From NCBI GenBank assembly GCA_041659505.1, contig JBAZYF010000001.1, positions 566,712 to 630,711 on the forward strand: 64,000 nucleotides of DNA, given 5' to 3'. Source of the stretch: Parcubacteria group bacterium. GTDB taxonomy: Bacteria; Patescibacteriota; Minisyncoccia; Moranbacterales; UBA2206. Positions 61,398 through 64,000 of this stretch are shown here, piece by piece; the first letter of the stretch is position 1, and each line of letters opens with the position of its first letter. The notes beneath the pieces were generated by a model. That model made no database searches, was not told the origin of the DNA, and saw only the letters and a list, made by a program, of their open reading frames with translations. The position numbers and the translations under genes were made by a program.

Positions 61398-61943
61398 ATG
61401 CCAGAAAAAGAATTGGAGCTTAATGTCAACTATACTGAATTGGTTTCGGATATGCGTCAGGAGTTTCTCCGGCGCGGATTTTTGAAACCGGTCAAGCCGG
61501 AAGTTTTCTTGGAAGAAAAGCTGAACGTCCAGATGAAAATTCTGGCGGAACGCGTTTCTTCACGAATGGTGCGGGACTGGGATAAGTTATTTCCCGGCGT
61601 TGTACGTTCCAATGAAATATTGCGGCGCAAGGTGGAAGAACATCTCGCAGAAAAGAAGCAGGAAGTGCTCGAACAGTTCAAAAGCGAATTGGAGCGAAAA
61701 GCAAAGATCCGGCAGGTGCTGGGTTTTATGTTTCGGCCGGCGCAACTGAATCTGATCATGGTTCTTCTCGTTTCCGGAGTGTTTATGTACCCGGCATGTT
61801 TCCTGATGTTTTTTTCCCCGAGTGATGCAAATTTGCTCTGGGGAGCCGTCGGGGCAGTGTTTACGGCACTGCTGGATGGAATATTTTTCCTGATGTATCT
61901 TTTTGCAAGAAAAAAAGAAAGTCGCCAATTGTGGAGTTCGTAG
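61398..61943 (+). CDS. hypothetical protein with two C-terminal TMs
   Basis: GGAGGGAG SD; first gene of the Band-7 operon. Confidence 0.65.
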   Translation: MPEKELELNVNYTELVSDMRQEFLRRGFLKPVKPEVFLEEKLNVQMKILAERVSSRMVRDWDKLFPGVVRSNEILRRKVEEHLAEKKQEVLEQFKSELERKAKIRQVLGFMFRPAQLNLIMVLLVSGVFMYPACFLMFFSPSDANLLWGAVGAVFTALLDGIFFLMYLFARKKESRQLWSS

Positions 61944-61994
61944 ATATCGCAGTTAACCATGAACTATGAAATATGAAAGTGAAAGGAGTAGCTT

Positions 61995-63116
61995 ATGTTT
62001 GGATGCAAAAAAAACGTATGTTTCGTATTCACCCTGTTTTGTCTGCTGGCGTTCAGTGCTTGTGGACCAGTGTATGAACAGGATAAACTTGTTCTTAAGC
62101 TGAGCAGTCTCGGCAATCGAGATGCAACAGTTGCCAACAAAAATGAACAGGTGAAAGAAAATACGGAAAAAAAACCGATCACGGAAGGCACTGAAAAAAT
62201 AGACCAAGCGGAAAAAAAGACAGAGGTAGTGGATGGTGATGCGGAAAATTATCAATCGGAGTTGTTAACCGCTTTTCGGTCCTATATGTTTTTCCCCACT
62301 CCAGGAGTAAGGTTCTTGCCTTTCCCAAAAGGCAATCAGGCATATTGTTTTTCCAGGGGAAAAAGTCTCGAATCACCGAAGGATGAGCATTTCAAACTGA
62401 ATGCAGCGGATGGAGTTATTTCAGCGAATGTGACGGTACACATGCACGTCGCGGATGAATTTCCCGACATCAAGGACCGACTATTGAAATTCGTGAAGAC
62501 ATATAGTCTCACGCAATTTTCCAATTCGGAAAATGTCCTGACTGACTTTATGAGTTCTCGATTTCAACCGATCCTTTATGCCGGATATCAGAATTACTTT
62601 TCCGGCAGAAAAGTGTTGGAGCTGGTGCGGGACAAGAAGGGGATTAACAAGTACATGCTGGCCTATATGAATGAAAAATATAATCAGTATGGCTTGGTTT
62701 TCACTTTGGTTTCCGTCACTTCTGCAATGAGTTTTGATGAAGAGCAGCAGGAGCGGATGAATAAAATTATCGTCAAGGAAGCTGAGGCGGTCGCGATGGG
62801 GATAAGAAATAAACAAGTTTCTCCCTTGATCCAGGAAATCCGCAAACTGGAGCTTGAAGGCAAAGACGAAGAAGCGCGGCTAACTTACGAAGCTAATGCG
62901 CAAGCCACTGAAAGAGTGGCTAAGGCTTGGGAAATGCGTCGAAAGCTTGTGATCGAGCAGATTGGTTCTGGCAATTATTTCCGTTGGGAGCAGTCCAAGT
63001 TGATGGTGGATGCTCTTATGCAGAAGAAAACAACTGTGCGGATCGTTCCGTCGGGAGCTAATTTATTCCTTGGCGGTTTTAATCAGGCAATTCCGACAAT
63101 AACGGACGTGAAATAA
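61995..63116 (+). CDS. SPFH/Band-7-like lipoprotein
   Basis: FSAC lipobox; ADGVISANV..YGLVFTLV; EA-rich coiled coil. Confidence 0.65.
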   Translation: MFGCKKNVCFVFTLFCLLAFSACGPVYEQDKLVLKLSSLGNRDATVANKNEQVKENTEKKPITEGTEKIDQAEKKTEVVDGDAENYQSELLTAFRSYMFFPTPGVRFLPFPKGNQAYCFSRGKSLESPKDEHFKLNAADGVISANVTVHMHVADEFPDIKDRLLKFVKTYSLTQFSNSENVLTDFMSSRFQPILYAGYQNYFSGRKVLELVRDKKGINKYMLAYMNEKYNQYGLVFTLVSVTSAMSFDEEQQERMNKIIVKEAEAVAMGIRNKQVSPLIQEIRKLELEGKDEEARLTYEANAQATERVAKAWEMRRKLVIEQIGSGNYFRWEQSKLMVDALMQKKTTVRIVPSGANLFLGGFNQAIPTITDVK

Positions 63117-63147
63117 ATTCAATTGCAGATCAAGGAGAATTCAAGCG

Positions 63148-64000
63148 ATGAAAAAATCAATTATTACAATTGTTGGTTGCATATTTCTGATTATAGGATT
63201 TGCCGGTTGCGGTCTGATGCATAAAGAACAAGACGAATTGGCATTCGAATATTGCGTAACAGATGGAAAGCCGGTGAATCCCAAGGATAATCCGTTGTTG
63301 CCCTATGGAGTTCATGGATATATTGGATGGAATACGGAAATCTTTCGTGTTACCAGCCAGTCACATCAATACGCGATGACGGCTGAGATTACGAAATCGA
63401 GTCCATATGATGAAGCGGCCACGTTTGATTCGCATGAAGGCGCTACCATCAAAGTGAATTTTACCACGATGGGACACGTTGAAAATATCTGGATTTTCTA
63501 TGATAATTTTGGAAACAACCAGTACAAACTGTCTGGTGAATTTTCCGAAATTAAGGATCCGCGGATATATGAGGCGATCCGAGAAGCCAGTCACTATGCC
63601 ATGGCAGTATTTGTTGAAATGGCGGAAGATATGTCGGCAACCACGATCAAAAAAAGTCCCGACCAGATGAACAAGGAAGCGACGAAGCGGACCAGGGAAT
63701 ATATGAAACAGTTTGGCTTCTATGTCGATGACATCTTTCTTTCCGGACCAATCACTTTTCCTGGTGGTGATGCTATTACTACTGCCTATAATACCACCGG
63801 CGTTGCCAATTCTGAAGTGGAAGAGGCGAGGCAGGATAAAGAAAAAATGCTCGAGACCAAAAAGAGCATGATTGACCGGGGCAAGCGGGAAGCGGACAAA
63901 ATTTTGTCCGAAGCCTCTCGCGAAGCCAACCGGTTGACGGCTGAGGCTGAAGCGATGGCGATGGATATGAAACAGTCCATTGCTCAGATCGGCCTGGACA
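63148..64000 (+). CDS. second SPFH/Band-7-like lipoprotein (3' truncated by window, not in ORF track)
   Basis: MKKSIITIVGCIFLIIGFAGC lipobox; SHEGATIKVNF..FGFYVDDI; GKREADKILSEASREANRLTAEAEA; open to the window end. Confidence 0.7.
   Translation, partial: MKKSIITIVGCIFLIIGFAGCGLMHKEQDELAFEYCVTDGKPVNPKDNPLLPYGVHGYIGWNTEIFRVTSQSHQYAMTAEITKSSPYDEAATFDSHEGATIKVNFTTMGHVENIWIFYDNFGNNQYKLSGEFSEIKDPRIYEAIREASHYAMAVFVEMAEDMSATTIKKSPDQMNKEATKRTREYMKQFGFYVDDIFLSGPITFPGGDAITTAYNTTGVANSEVEEARQDKEKMLETKKSMIDRGKREADKILSEASREANRLTAEAEAMAMDMKQSIAQIGLD

Noticed and set aside
1-64000. Alternative genetic code (TGA=Gly)
   Set aside because: Core genes are full length in code 11, and recQ ends at TGA at the expected position.
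51187-64000. Integron cassette array
   Set aside because: No intI and no attC-type GTTRRRY/RYYYAAC-bounded sites recognised; the units have their own promoters.

Overview
Bacterial chromosomal window in the standard genetic code, probably Patescibacteria/CPR (Parcubacteria-like). That assignment is an inference from rpoBC without rplJL, a truncated TsaB-like gene, three TrmB regulators, a stand-alone PEP-utiliser domain and SD-less core genes. The backbone carries recQ, an RND efflux pair, an amidase, rpoB-rpoC, ftsK, a rodZ-like gene, recA, ndk, rpmB, an M50 protease, rpsL-rpsG-fusA (no tuf), a thermonuclease and glycosyltransferases. Many self-contained accessory cassettes are interleaved with it. 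Main observations: (1) accessory genes carry sigma70 promoters, often a boxA-like motif, and strong Shine-Dalgarno sequences, while core genes have essentially no SD; (2) the 3' end of recQ occurs three times, each copy followed by different cargo; (3) several families of tiny palindromic elements insert into each other and in-frame into recQ, recA and the amidase, with an empty/filled site pair visible; (4) a 13-kb envelope-associated cluster (DUF350, DUF1190-like, GspS-like, XpaC-like paralogs, SBP-vWA, two Band-7 lipoproteins); (5) two candidate structured RNAs. No tRNA, rRNA, CRISPR array, transposase or integrase was recognised.
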